DNA of 56,839 nucleotides, counting the filler, from Sluysia triapertura (taxonomy: Eukaryota), in assembly GCA_046118255.1 (NCBI GenBank). It is 4 parts of 4 records of this genome, joined end to end, with 100 filler letters (N's around TTAATTAATTAA, not from the genome) between each part and the next. Parts side by side here need not be neighbours in the genome. Positions count along the whole stretch, not along the records: positions 23,934 to 43,797 come from JBJNIA010047678.1; positions 43,898 to 56,839 come from JBJNIA010070839.1; 2 more parts are not named here. One strand, written 5' to 3'. Both the position numbers and the translations under genes were made by a program. Below are positions 35,049 to 48,005 of this stretch, one piece after another; the first letter of the stretch is position 1; the number at the start of each line of letters is the position of its first letter. The notes beneath the pieces are model-generated. The model worked only from the letters and a program-made list of their open reading frames with translations. It was not told where the DNA came from and did not search any database.

Positions 35049-37127
35049 ATGAACAATAAGAATTCGAACAATAAAGTAAATAACCCAAACAACAATACAG
35101 GATGACAAAAATTTTTAAAATGATTGCCATACTTAATAGTTGTAGCTATTATCATAGTTATTATTTATTTTATTTTCTTTTATAGTCCTTACAAATCAAT
35201 GTCAATAGAAGATTTTATAAACTTATTTAATGGTAGTGGCAATGTCATAAAATCTTGAAAAGCTGTCTCGGATGGTGTGACAATAACAGTATATTTAACA
35301 TATGTAGATTCCCACGGTGTAACGCATATGGTGACCACAAGTTTGTTTGCTAATTCTCCTCAATATGCCCAGTTATTTGGATGACCAGATGACAAAGGGC
35401 AATGATCTAAAGGTCTTTTAGATCTAAAATTAGGTGGATTTCAATCTGCAAGTAATGGTAATGTCTGAGTTTCATTACTAATTAATTTGTTACCAATAAT
35501 AATAATTGTAATTATATGTATCTTTATGTTTAGATCAATGTCTAAAGGAAAAGGTTTAGATTTTGGATTAGGTAAAAACAAAGCTCAAATTGTTAATTCT
35601 AATTTAACTTTTTCAGATGTTGCTGGTTATAAAGAAGAAAAAAAGGAATTAGAGGAAATTGTTTCCTTTTTAAAAGATCCTTCAAAATATAAATCTATGG
35701 GGATAAGACTTCCTAAAGGTATTATGCTTGTTGGTCCTTCCGGAACAGGTAAAACAATGTTAGCTAAAGCAACAGCCGGCGAAGCAAATGTACCATTTAT
35801 GCTAATTAGTGGTTCAGATTTTGTAGAAATGTTTGTGGGTCTTGGTGCATCTAGAGTTAGAGACATGTTTAAAGCAGCTAGAAAAGTTGCCCCATGTATT
35901 ATCTTTATTGATGAAATTGATACAGTTGGCCGTCATAGAGGTGCCGGAATGGGCGGAGGAAATGACGAAAGAGAGCAAACTTTAAACCAATTACTAGTTG
36001 AACTAGATGGCTTTGAAGAAAACAAAGGCGTTATAGTTATGGCTGCAACCAATAGATTAGATGTGATTGATAATGCTTTATTAAGACCTGGAAGATTTGA
36101 TAGACAGGTTTTAGTTAATTTACCAAATTTAGAAGAACGTATTCAAATTTTTAAAGTCCATTTAAGAAATAAAAATTACGATCCAAAAGTTAGCTTAGAA
36201 GATTTAGCTAGAAGAACTGCAGGATTTAGTGGCGCACAAATTGAAAATATGATAAACGAAGCCGCTATTTTATCAATTCGTCTAAACAAAACTGTTATTT
36301 CACAACATGAATTTGATGAAGGTTTTGATAGGGCGATTGCTGGTTTAGCAAAAGTTACAAAAGTATACACTCCAAAAGAGAAAAAATTAATTGCTTATCA
36401 TGAATCTGGTCATGCATTAATTGGAGTGTTGTGTGAAAGTGCTGAAAAAGTTCAAAAAGTTACAATTATTCCTAGAGGTCAAGCTGGAGGATATACTCTT
36501 TCTACCCCATTAGAAGATACTTCCTTATCGTCTAAAGCTGATTTATTAACTAGAGTTAAAGTAACGCTTGGCGGAAGAGCAGCAGAACATTTAATTTACG
36601 GTATCGAGAATATAACTACAGGAGCCAGCAATGATTTAACTGTTGTTACAAACATAGTTAAAAAAATGGTTATTGAATTGGGAATGAGTGATGTTGGTCT
36701 TGTAAATTATAGTTCATTTGGAAATAATAGCTATCAAGAATTTTTTCAACAAGGTAACCAAAATTTAGTATCAGATCTTAAAGTTAATGAAATTAACAAT
36801 GCAATTGAAAAAATAGTTTCTGAACAATATGCGGCAGCTTATAAATTATTAAAAGATAATAAAGAATATTTGGATTTAATGGCTGAAGCATTAATTATTT
36901 ATGAAACTATCCTAGATAAAGATATTGATTATATTTTAAAAAATAAAAAAATTCCTGAAAAAACAGTAGATGAATTAATACACAAAAACTTAGTAGTTAC
37001 AGAAAATAAAGATAGAAAAGTAAAAGCATCTTTTAAAAAGAAAAAAGATGAAAATGTTAATATAAATGAAAACTCAGATGAAGCTAAGGATAAAAAAGAG
37101 ATTAAAATTTCAGACATCGAAAAATAA
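35049..37127 (+). CDS. ftsH: ATP-dependent zinc metalloprotease FtsH
   Basis: Two N-terminal TM segments (through several TGA-Trp codons), [29 protein letters not shown]. Confidence 0.97.
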
Positions 37128-37147
37128 TTTTTTATAAAGGAAATAAA

Positions 37148-38281
37148 ATGAGAAATCATAAATTAGATAAATCACCCATTGAAACACCATCAAATAAAAA
37201 ACCAACAGATAATAAAATTAAAGTTGAAATTATTAAAAGAGATGCCCCTTTAAAAAATAATCAAGAACTTTCTAAAACTTTACATACTGAATTAAATAAA
37301 ATTAATGTACGAGCTAAGAAACAAAAGCAACCTAAAAAACCAAAACCATCTTTAACAAGACAAGAGCTTAAAAGTCAAAAAATTGAAGCTCATAAAAATA
37401 AGTTATTAATTAAAAAAATGCAAAAAGAAGAGTATAAAAAACTAAAAGAAGCTAGAGTTTTGCAAAAAGATAACGAAAAGAAAATTAAATTTATTAAGAA
37501 TAAATACTCTAACAAAATTATTAAAGGCGAAATCATTTCTACTTCTTCAATATCGCCCAATTTACATAAAGATGTTATACAACTAAAAGATGTTAAAAAA
37601 TCTTATCTTCTTGGTTCTAATCCGTACCATGTATTAAAAGGGATAACTTTAAATATTCCTTGAGGAAGCTTTGTTGTTATTTTAGGTCCTTCTGGATCAG
37701 GTAAAACGACACTTTTAAACGTGATTAGTGGTTTAGACACAGTTGATTCGGGAGATATTTTTGTTGACGGATACAACATAGCTTTGTTAAAAGATAAGCA
37801 TTTAACAGAATTTAGAAGACAAAAAATAGGCTTTGTTTTTCAACAATATAATTTATTACCTCATTTAACAGCAAAAGAAAATGTTGAAGTTGGGGCAAAT
37901 TTAAATAAATCAAGCAATAATAAGCTAACAATTAATGAGATTTTTAAAATGATTTGAATGGAAGATCATATTTACAAATTTCCTTATCAATTATCTGGTG
38001 GGCAACAACAAAGAATAAGTATCGCAAGAGCCCTTGCAAAACAACCATCAATTCTTTTCTGTGATGAACCAACAGGTGCGCTTGATGAAACAACAGGTAG
38101 AATAGTTCTTGATGTTTTAGTAAATATTAATAAAAAAAGCAAAACAACAATTATTCTTGTTACTCACAACCCTAATATTGCGATGATATCAGACATAGTA
38201 ATTAAAATAGCTAACGGAGAAATTGTAGAGTTTAATCAAAACAAAGAAAAACTTTCACCTAAGGAAATTAACTGAGCTTAA
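37148..38281 (+). CDS. ABC transporter ATP-binding protein (LolD/MacB type) with a long Lys-rich N-terminal extension
   Basis: Three track ORFs join through TGA: GPSGSGKT, GFVFQQYNL, LSGGQQQR, DEPTGALD, VTHN. Confidence 0.93.
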
Positions 38282-38282
38282 A

Positions 38283-41171
38283 ATGAAATTTCTCTTACTC
38301 AAAAATTCAATCAAGAGTATAAAGAATCAACTCATTCAGTTTTTTTGCTGCACCATACTTATTTTTGCCGGAGTAGCAATTTTTTCTGCTATTAAACTAG
38401 GTATTGGCAATGTCCAAAGTGTTTTTAATTTCATAAATAATGAAACCAAAATGCATCAATTTTCATTAAATACCGGAATAAATTACAAAAAACTAAATTA
38501 TACTGACCCAAATCTTAATGAATATTGCCATTCTTCTAGCAATAGTAATCAAGCATGTGGGCAAGAAGTATTAAATTATTTTCAAAAACAATATAGTTTT
38601 TCAGCAACAAATCTACAAGCAGATAATTTTCAAATTGTTACTTCTAATAGTGTTCGATTTTATCAAATTTTAAATTTACCTAGTTCACTAGATCGTGCAT
38701 TTTACACAAATACCAATAAAAATTTTCAATTAATAAGCGATATATCTGCTGGTAATTGCATAGTTAACTATTCTTGAGCCCTATCTAATAAAAAAAGCAT
38801 TGGCGATAGCATAAACTTCATGAATAAAAGTTATGTTATTGAGGGTTTCGGAATATCATCATTAAATGCTTACCCCATTATACCGACTAGTCCTTTCCCA
38901 GAAGATAAGGATAATTGTTTCATTATTTTAAATAATTCAGATTGAAATAACTTAGTTAATACTACTCAAGGCTCTATAAGTAAACGATACATAGGGAGAT
39001 TCGATTCTAAATTATCAGATAACCAAATTCATAATAATATAACTAATTTAAATAATAGTTTCATTAATTTAGTAACGAATCCTGACAAAATACCAAATAA
39101 TTCTAATTTCATAAACGAAACTTATACTAATCCTGGTTATAAGGGAGAAATGAATATTTTTGCAATTGTTATTTCGATAAGAAATAATAATTTATTAGCC
39201 ATTATTTTTATAGCAATTATTATAATTGCTAGTTTAATTATCATTTTTATTGTTCTTAAAAAAAGAATTGAAGACTCAAGAAAACAAATCGGGATTTTAA
39301 AATCATTAGGTTATAAAAATAATGAAATTGCTTGATCATATACAATGTTTACGTGCTCCTGTTGTATTGTTGGGGGAGTTTTAGGATTCATTATTGGATT
39401 CTTTTCACAAACTCTTGTGTCATCATTTTCACAAATATCGTTTCCTTTGCCACTATATTATTTTAATGCTCCCATTTTTTTACTTTCAATATTTTTACCA
39501 TTAATAATTTTGACTATTTTTAGTTATATTATTTCTTTAAAATTAATTCAAAAAAATACAATAACCCTAATAAGAGGGGATTTTCAATATAAGGCAACTT
39601 TTATTCAAAGGAAAGTATCACAAATTGTAAAAAATTGAAAATTTAACCAAAAATTTTATATGACCATGGCTTCTAAATCAATTGGGAAGATGGGAGTAAT
39701 AATGATAACAATCATAATTACCTCATTTTTAACAGTATTTACTTTAACTGCCGGGAATACGGCCGCTTTTTTCCTATCTAAAGTTAAAAATTCTATGTTA
39801 TATAACTATCAGTATAATTTTAATAGAACAGCTAGTTTAAGGGGCGAGTATCAAAATCTACCCAACATATGCCTCGACCCTTTAAACTCAAAAAAAGCTG
39901 AATGTCAATTCAATACAACCCAGTATCCAACTAATAATAATTTTGCTATAGCTTCTCCAACAATCCTTAATTCGGCAAATATAGATACAGTTTTAAAGCA
40001 AATTAAAAATGGATATAAAAATTCAGACCTAAATGGATATTATCTTGTCTTAAATAAAGAGGAGAAAAATCAACTAATTATTCAAATAGATGAATATATT
40101 AAAGACCCAAGTTATAGTATTCAGACTAGAAATTTATTATCAAGAATAAAAATATTTTTAAACACTATTAGTATAACTGGCTCTGATTCAATAACTCTTC
40201 CAATAGGCTTTACAGTTTATAACCCAAACACCGATTATTCATTTTTTTCTTTTAATAAAGGAGATATGAAGAATGGAATTCAATTAACTTCTATAAATAA
40301 TAATGTTGCAAAATTTAATCCTTTATTTACAGAATCTTTAATAGATAGTTTAAATAATTTTAAACCCGAGGCTAATAATGTTATACCGCTTTATATAACA
40401 TCATTTATATCTAATCAAGAAAATTTAAAAGTCGGCTCTTATGTTGATTTAGATGATACATACAAAGGCGAAATTATTGGTGTTATAGATGACAATTTAC
40501 AAAAACAAGAATTTACCACAAATAAGTGATTATCAGTATTATTCACACAAGATAAAGCCAATCCAAATATTTATGCGCCATGAATTACATTAGACTCATT
40601 AAATAGGAATTTATACAATAATTCTATATTTAGCCAAGCACAAGAGTTTACTTACCCTAATCAATTTTTTCCGTTATTTCTAGATAGTAATAAAAATCTT
40701 AATTTTTCTTTGCTAAACTTTGTTGATATTAGAAAATTATTTACCCAAATAGGGGCAAAAATACATCAAATAGATAATATCATATGAATATTTATTTCAT
40801 TTGCAACATTTGTAAACCTAATAATTATAATTTCTATTTCAACCTTAATAATTGCTGAAAATAGAGTATTTATTTCGATAATGAAAGTTTTGGGATACCG
40901 TGATAGAGAAATATCTTACTTATTTACAAAAATATATGCTCCTTTTATAATCATAGGTTTTGCTCTTGCTATACCAATAGTATTTGGAATAAGCATATAT
41001 ATAACAAATTCGTTATCATCTTCGCTAAATATGAACTTTTCATTTATTCCAAGCATTTGACAATTTTTAATAGGCTTTGCTATAATTACTTTACTAATGC
41101 TTATTAGCTATAAAACAGGAGAAGAGTTGATTAAAAGAATCGGTTATCTTAAAACAATTAACTCGGAGTAA
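38283..41171 (+). CDS. ABC transporter permease, FtsX-like, two-repeat (962 aa)
   Basis: Single frame in code 4; two FtsX signatures, KQIGILKSLGY and ISIMKVLGY. Confidence 0.88.
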
Positions 41172-41177
41172 TAATAA

Positions 41178-42545
41178 ATGAATAAAATTTTTAAAAATAT
41201 GTTTGTTTCTGCTTTTAAGCATAAAATCCAGTTATTTTGCTTAATTATTTTAACTACTTTAGCTTCGGCATTTTTTATTGGTACTAATTCGGCAATTAAT
41301 AGTGTTAATAAAGAAAATATTAAAATTCAAAGAGATTCTGGTGCTCATCAATTTATTGTTGATCTAGGATCTTCGTCAGTAGGAAAAATATTAACAATGG
41401 ATAATGATTTTGAATCTAAAATTACCCCTGACTTAGTAAGTCTTGCTAATTCATGATCTCAGCAAAAACTTCCTAGCAATATTAAATTAACACTTTCTAT
41501 TAGAGATGTAAGAGAAACATTTACAGGTGAAAAATTATTTAAAATAATGCCATATATTCCTTCTGAAACATCAGGAAATTACTTTAACAATGTTGATCAA
41601 CCAGTAATAGTTGCGGGTAGAGCCCCTCAAAATAAAAATGAAATTATGCTTTCTCCTTTTTATGCCAATGCTAATGGAGTAAAATTAAATAGCAAGATAA
41701 CTATTCAATCACTACAATACACAGTTGTAGGTTATGCCACTAGTTATGACATGTATTTTATGCAATTTGATCAACTAAATGTTGTTCCAGATGGCAAAAA
41801 CAATGCCGTTGTTTATTGTTATAAAGATGCATATACAACCAATGGTGGGAGCAATTTTTCTGTTAATTCTAAGGATAGAGAAATATACATGGTTGGAAGA
41901 GCTATTTACACAAATACGGTTAGCACAAGCTATGTTGGCGATCCTTATCCATATTTTAATTATGAAAGTTTCTTTAACAGCATAGGATTATCCTCAAAGG
42001 GTGTAATTCAACCTTCCTATTCTGGCTATAACTTCAACTATTTAGCTGGTGGAAAAATTTATAATCTTAATGACAAGAATTATACATTTTTTAAAAGATC
42101 AAATTCTTTTAATGCCTTTGTTGCCCAAGCTGAATATATTTTAATAGGGTTTATAATTATAATTTTGGTGGTATCTATATTTATTATTTTAATTATTTCC
42201 AAAAAACGCGTGGAACAAGATGCTAAACAAATAGGAATCTTCAAGGCAAATGGATATCGAAATAATGAAATTTGTTTTGCATATTTAATCTTTACTATTT
42301 TAGCTAGCATAATAGGGAGCCTTATAGGATTGGTATTATCATTTTTAACTTATTATTTTGTGTATTCAACATTTTTTACATTTTTTTCGTTGCCAGTAAG
42401 TAGTATTTCCTATAACATAGGTGACATAATAGGTATTTGGTTATATACTACATTAGTAATAATAGGCATAACATCGTTCATTACTTATTCATTTTTATAC
42501 TTAAATGTTAGAAAAAATGTAATATCAATAATAACAAAAAGCTAA
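41178..42545 (+). CDS. ABC transporter permease, FtsX-like, N-terminal-half protein (455 aa)
   Basis: GRAPQNKNEI, KQIGIFKANGY; ends at TAA 42543-42545. Confidence 0.85.
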
Positions 42546-42565
42546 TATAAAGGAGGCGAAAATAC

Positions 42566-43797
42566 ATGAAGAAAAATAAAAGAAAATTATTTAATATTAA
42601 TCGAGACTTAGGCAGATTTAATGTTTTTTCTAAGTTTACTAAAGAAAGAAAACTTAAAAAAACACTTTCAAAAGAACAATGAAATGAACTTCAATATAAA
42701 AAAATTTCTTATTCTAGAAATATAGCATCAATTAGATACACAATTGCTAAAAAATCTTGATTTAGAATTTCTATAGTCGGAATTAGTTTATTAGCCTCAT
42801 CAATTTTAATTTTAGTTTCGTGTATTTTGCCATCAGCACTATTAAATTTTAAGCAAGGATTGCTTAAAAGTTTTGGAGAATATAATTCTTATAGTGAATA
42901 TAAAAATAATCCTTTAAATGTCCCTGTTCCTAAATGAAACATGCAGCAACCAGTTACAGGAAATGAAAATAATGATAATTCATATGGAGGATTTGACCCT
43001 TTAAATAACAATCATATTGGAACTGATAATAGATATGATTATTTTGATCCAAATGATAAAGACCAAACAGATATGAATTATAATCTTTTCACATCAGGTG
43101 GAGGGTTTCAAAATTTTTCTTTTATGGGTTATCTGGGGGGAGCAGCCATTAGTTCAACATGGGTAAATGGATTAAGAACTGACCCAAAATTAAATTCTTC
43201 AGATGTTGGAAAAATTATATGTAATTTATTAGGAGTGCCTTACCAAAATGGATGAACAGGAGCAGATTGCGTTTTGCAAATGATTAATGAAAATGCACCT
43301 TCATACATGAGACAACAATTATTTGGGAATTCAAACCCAAATTATTATTTATCATTTGGTAAGGTAGCTTATCAAATGTTAACCGATAATTTATATACAT
43401 ATGTTCAAGGAAAAACAAATGATGGTATAGGAACTGAGATTTGAGGCTTGAATAATAATGGTAATTATGGAGTGGATGATGGTAAGGGGAATAATTTAAT
43501 ATCTCAACTTTATGGTCAAATTAATAAATTTCAAAATTCTGATATATTTCCTTGTGTAGTTAATAAAACACTATTTAATAGGTTATATCTAGGGAAACAG
43601 CTATCAATTGATAAAACAACCGGAAATTATACTTTTTCTTATAAGGTGCCTTATAAATTAGCGGAAGTTCGAGGAGAGGATGGAAATTGATATATAGCTA
43701 ACCCAGATAAGTTTTTTTGAACTAATGGTATGAATGGTGAGTCAGTATATTATCAATGAAAAAACTCTGCCGTATCTAATTTTAATGGAATAGCTAC
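42566..43797 (+). CDS. Probable C-terminal-half permease protein (partial; runs off the contig)
   Basis: Strong SD AAGGAGG (42550-42556), ATG at 42566, basic leader, one TM segment, then a large Asn/Gly-rich extracellular domain; open to the contig end in code 4. Confidence 0.75.
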
Positions 43798-43897
43798 NNN
43801 NNNNNNNNNNNNNNNNNNNNNNNNNNNNNNNNNNNNNNNNNTTAATTAATTAANNNNNNNNNNNNNNNNNNNNNNNNNNNNNNNNNNNNNNNNNNNN
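43798..43897. other. Artificial contig spacer
   Basis: 44 N + TTAATTAATTAA + 44 N. Confidence 0.97.
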
Positions 43898-45399
43898 AGC
43901 ATATATATGGTATTTAAAACCATATGATTCGATTATACTTGAAACATCATTGATATATATTATAAACAATAATGAACCAAGTATAAAAGATTAAATTATC
44001 AAATTTTGGCCTTTCTTTCTTTAAATTAAATTTTAATTAATTCACCATCTCTTATATATCTACTAAAATTTATTATTTCACAATACAATCTTTAGTTATA
44101 AACGAAGAATTTTTAACCAAAAATTTTTTAAACTAAAAAAACTATAAAGTATTAATTCGTTAAAAATAAAAATCGTTTGTGCAGAATAAACATTTCTCGT
44201 AATGTAATTATAACTAGACATTTTGAAAGTAATATTTTTATGTATGTTTTTAATTTTAAATATTTTATAGTCGACCGTTTTATGGCAAACGTTGACAATT
44301 TATCTATGAATGAAGTGTTTGAATCGAAAATTTCGATAGTTTCAAAGATCATTTTACTAATGAAGGAGCAATTTTTGAAGATGTCATTTTTAGAGTACAT
44401 ACTGAGGTTCATAGTGTGACTAAAAAAGAAAGGACCATGTTAGAAATAGTATATTGTTAATTCAATTCAACGAATAGCTCCATTGAATAATCGCGAATTA
44501 GATTCGAATTAGACCAGAAGCTCTTCGTGTTCTTACGAATTTTGACGATATTAGAGTTTCTGATGTTCAACTCATCTTTCCAATATTATAAGAAAGTTAA
44601 AGGTGGTATTGTGATACGTAGTCTTAATATCATTATTTTCGATATAATTTTATGTTTTAATAAACTTAATTTTTATTCCGTGTTTATTTTACTGATAAAT
44701 TTCTCATTGTGTAAACGTTGACATAATAAATGATAAAATATTCAAGTACCTTTTCAATACTTCATTTCCCATGTATTAATATAATTAAAAATCTTTTGAT
44801 CAATGTAATTTATAAAATAAGAATAGAGCAAAATAGTTTAGATATTAGTTTTAGATTACTGAAGAATGTGTTCTTTCTTTTTCTTCAAATAGATACCTAT
44901 ATAAAATTACTTTATCGCTGAAGGTAAAACAATAAGATTTGAATTTAGTCTATAGATAAAATGACCAATATGAACAATATATAAACTTTATATATACCGC
45001 CAGCTATTTTACGGTATCATTTTTATCAAACTTTATATTATTTATATCAAACGAAGTTTAAATGATAAATGATAATCTGGTAAGTCTCATTTCGTTGATC
45101 ATATTTATCATTGTCATAATATTTTATTATGAAATTAAATTAGATATTTAGATTTAATTTTTTTCAGAATAATAATAATAATTTATTATTAAACTATTAT
45201 TTTAATTTGTGTATAATTACAATAATAATAGTAATATTACATGATTATGCATAAATATCAATAAAATTATTCCTAAAACTAATTAATATTTAAGAATAAT
45301 TTAATAATTAATTAACTATATAAATTTATATTAATCTATATAATCTTGATCTATTAAATCTATATGGTATTTTAATTATATTTTTATTTTTAGGTCCTT

Positions 45400-45970
45400 C
45401 ATGAATACACAAACTTTAATGACTTAAGTGAAGAATTTGGAATACCTTGGAATTATCTTCATTTATTGAGAAAAATTTAATCAAGGCGAAAAAGAAGATT
45501 AATGACGCTTGAAGTAACAAAAGTGTGAGAAGAGCTATCTAAAAAAGTAATAGGAGAAAGTTTCGATATATTCATTGCTTCTGTAATCTTATAGAAAAAA
45601 ATAAACAATGGAAGAGATAAAAAAGGGAAGAAACAAATATCTAATTGGAGAAATTAAAAGTAAAATTTATCACCTTTTAAGAGACTCTTCTTACAAACAA
45701 AAAGAAATTGAGAAAAGAATAATTGAAGATATTTATAAAAACCAAAGTATTATTTCTAGAATCCTTAAAGCTGTTGAATTTACGAGAAAAGGTTTGTTAG
45801 AATTCTAGTAGACAGTTGTATGTAAGAGATGTTGAATACTTAAGTGATTCAAATTTGATTTTTCTTGATGAAGCAGAAATAAACCAATCACGCAACTATG
45901 GATATTCCCCTGCCAATAAAAAGTCTTATCAACTTGTCAAGGCTAGCAGAGGAACAAATATTAGAATTTG
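45400..45970 (+). mobile_element. Decayed IS630/Tc1-like (DDE_3-type) transposase; boundaries approximate
   Basis: QSIISRILKAVEFTRK (HTH end), then NLIFLDEAEINQSRNYGYSPANKKSYQLVKASRGTNI (first catalytic Asp block). Confidence 0.7.
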
Positions 45971-46399
45971 ATAATAATTATGTTTTTTTATTTATAAACA
46001 TATTTTGTATCTTGTCGTATGATTTTATTTATATAATAAATAATTTTCTTTATATTTATGCATAACACTGTAATATAATAATAATAATACTAAAGGCCTT
46101 ATTAATAATGATTTTAAAAAAAGCATGTTAGTGCTTATTCCATTAATTCCATTTTTAAAAAGAAAATTATATAATTTAAGTACAAAGTACTTTGTGAAAA
46201 CTAATAACACCATTTAAGTTTATGTTTGAAAAACATTAATGTAAATAGAAGCGCTAATATGCGTAAAAATAAGTAATCAAATTAATACTATTTTGTGAAC
46301 AATGTAAAAATTACTTAACTTAACAACAAGTTATTAATAACGATTTATTTATTTGATTCTAAACAGATCCAAACACGATTTTTCAATAATTTGTAGACT

Positions 46400-47195
46400 T
46401 CATTCCAACTAGTATATTTAACTTAGTTTTTTTATATTGTATATCTCACCACTTTAACTGAGGTTAATATAATACTTAAAATCATTTATTAATTTTTATT
46501 GTAGCATTTTAAATAGCTACTAAAAATCATAAGTTCAAATCGTTTCTATATTTGTAAAATTCTCTCAATATTTTAAATTATTTATTCTCATTTGAACTGT
46601 TGAAATATTTTAAAATACTGAATTTAACTTTGGTTTTTAGAATTCAATTAACTTTCATTTATTCGCTCTCAATTTTCTAATGGAAAATGTTTAAGGTTCT
46701 TATTCTCAAACAGATTATTCTATAAATATTTCACGTTCATTTCTAAATTCTTCTCTTTCGTAGGATTCACCTAATATTCAATTAATTATTTTTCCTTCAT
46801 TCTAAATGTGAAAAAATTAAACATCCCAGAATTGATAAAGAATTAAAATTTGACTTTGCTCAATATTTAGGCTTTTCTTGCATGAACTTAGTTAAAACAA
46901 ATGCATACACAATTACAATTTTGATATTGCATTCCGCATTCAAACGCTATTTATAAAACGTTATATTTTCTTAATAATAAGGCACTTAGAAAATTCTAGA
47001 TGTTTTCACTTTCACCAATCTGAAGCCTTTTCTTATTTCTTGTAGTTTTCTCGTCTTCTTGAATTTCGTGTATATCTTAGATCCTTAAATCACTTTTTAA
47101 ATATGATCCTGTTTTAAATTAATCATAAAATTACTTATAGATAACCTTTTGACTATTGTAAAGCAGAGTTCTGAAGGTCATAGACTCATCCATAA
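46400..47195 (-). mobile_element. Possible heavily decayed hAT transposase remnant
   Basis: Scattered motifs MDES, C..VH and NLKHFP in plausible order, with many stops. Confidence 0.3.
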
Positions 47196-47497
47196 TAAAT
47201 AAAGTTTATTATGCGTTATAATATTAAAAGAGTTCATTTACTGACGAGTGTAAAGTGATAACTGCTAATTAAAGATAAGTAAAGATTATTTATAAGTTTT
47301 TGACTTCTGATCCTTTCACAAAAATCTCGTAAACAAGCTACTAAGTTTGTAAATCTTGGATCACTAATTTGCTAACTTCATTTGTGATTATATAGGTCAA
47401 TTTAAGTAATTAATTTGATTTTTTATTAATTATTATTTAATAATTATTTAATAGTTATTTTTTTTCTCGACAATGTAAAATTTATTAACAAATTCAG

Positions 47498-47838
47498 GAG
47501 AACCGTTCGATCAAGACCTTGTTGATTGGCTAAAAAGTACTTTTAATTGTAAAGTACAAAATACATGGGGTCAAACAGAATTGGGTGGAATGGGTTTTGC
47601 ACCTTGTAAATCTTATCCTGGTAAATTTGAGATCAATATATCGAGTAAGGAATTTGAAGTTTCACTGCGTTCAGTGCCAGGCTGTATTGTCGTAGTGGTA
47701 GATGAAGAAACAGGACTAGAAGTAGAAAATGGAATTGCTGGACGAATATTATTTAAAAAACCTGTTTCTCCTTCAATGGCTACAACAATTTTGGAAGATG
47801 ATAATCGTTTTCTTAAAGAATATTTTGAAAAATATCCT
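47498..47838 (+). CDS. Internal exon of a short-chain acyl-CoA synthetase (ACSS3-like)
   Basis: ttcag| ... |gtaagt boundaries; GEPFD..WL..TWGQTELGG, SVPG, RFLKEYFEKYP resemble acetyl/propionyl-CoA synthetase motifs. Confidence 0.75.
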
Positions 47839-47892
47839 GTAAGTTAATAATAAGAGTGATGTGTGGCTTTCTGACTCATATTTTAAAATAAA

Positions 47893-47896
<4 letters not shown>

Positions 47897-47925
<29 letters not shown>

Positions 47926-48005
47926 TTAATAATATAATAATAATAATAATAATATAAGGACAGTAATAAACTTGTGCATAAAGTTTATCATCATCATCAT
48001 CATCG
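47897..48005. repeat. AAT and CAT microsatellites
   Basis: (AAT)n tract followed by (CAT)n. Confidence 0.8.

Noticed and set aside
24122-43690. Apparent fragmentation or pseudogenisation of the bacterial genes in the ORF track
   Set aside because: The breaks are in-frame TGA codons read as Trp; the frames are continuous.
23834-43897. Horizontal transfer of a bacterial block into the animal genome
   Set aside because: Both junctions are artificial spacers, and the genes are intact in code 4 with bacterial signals and no decay.
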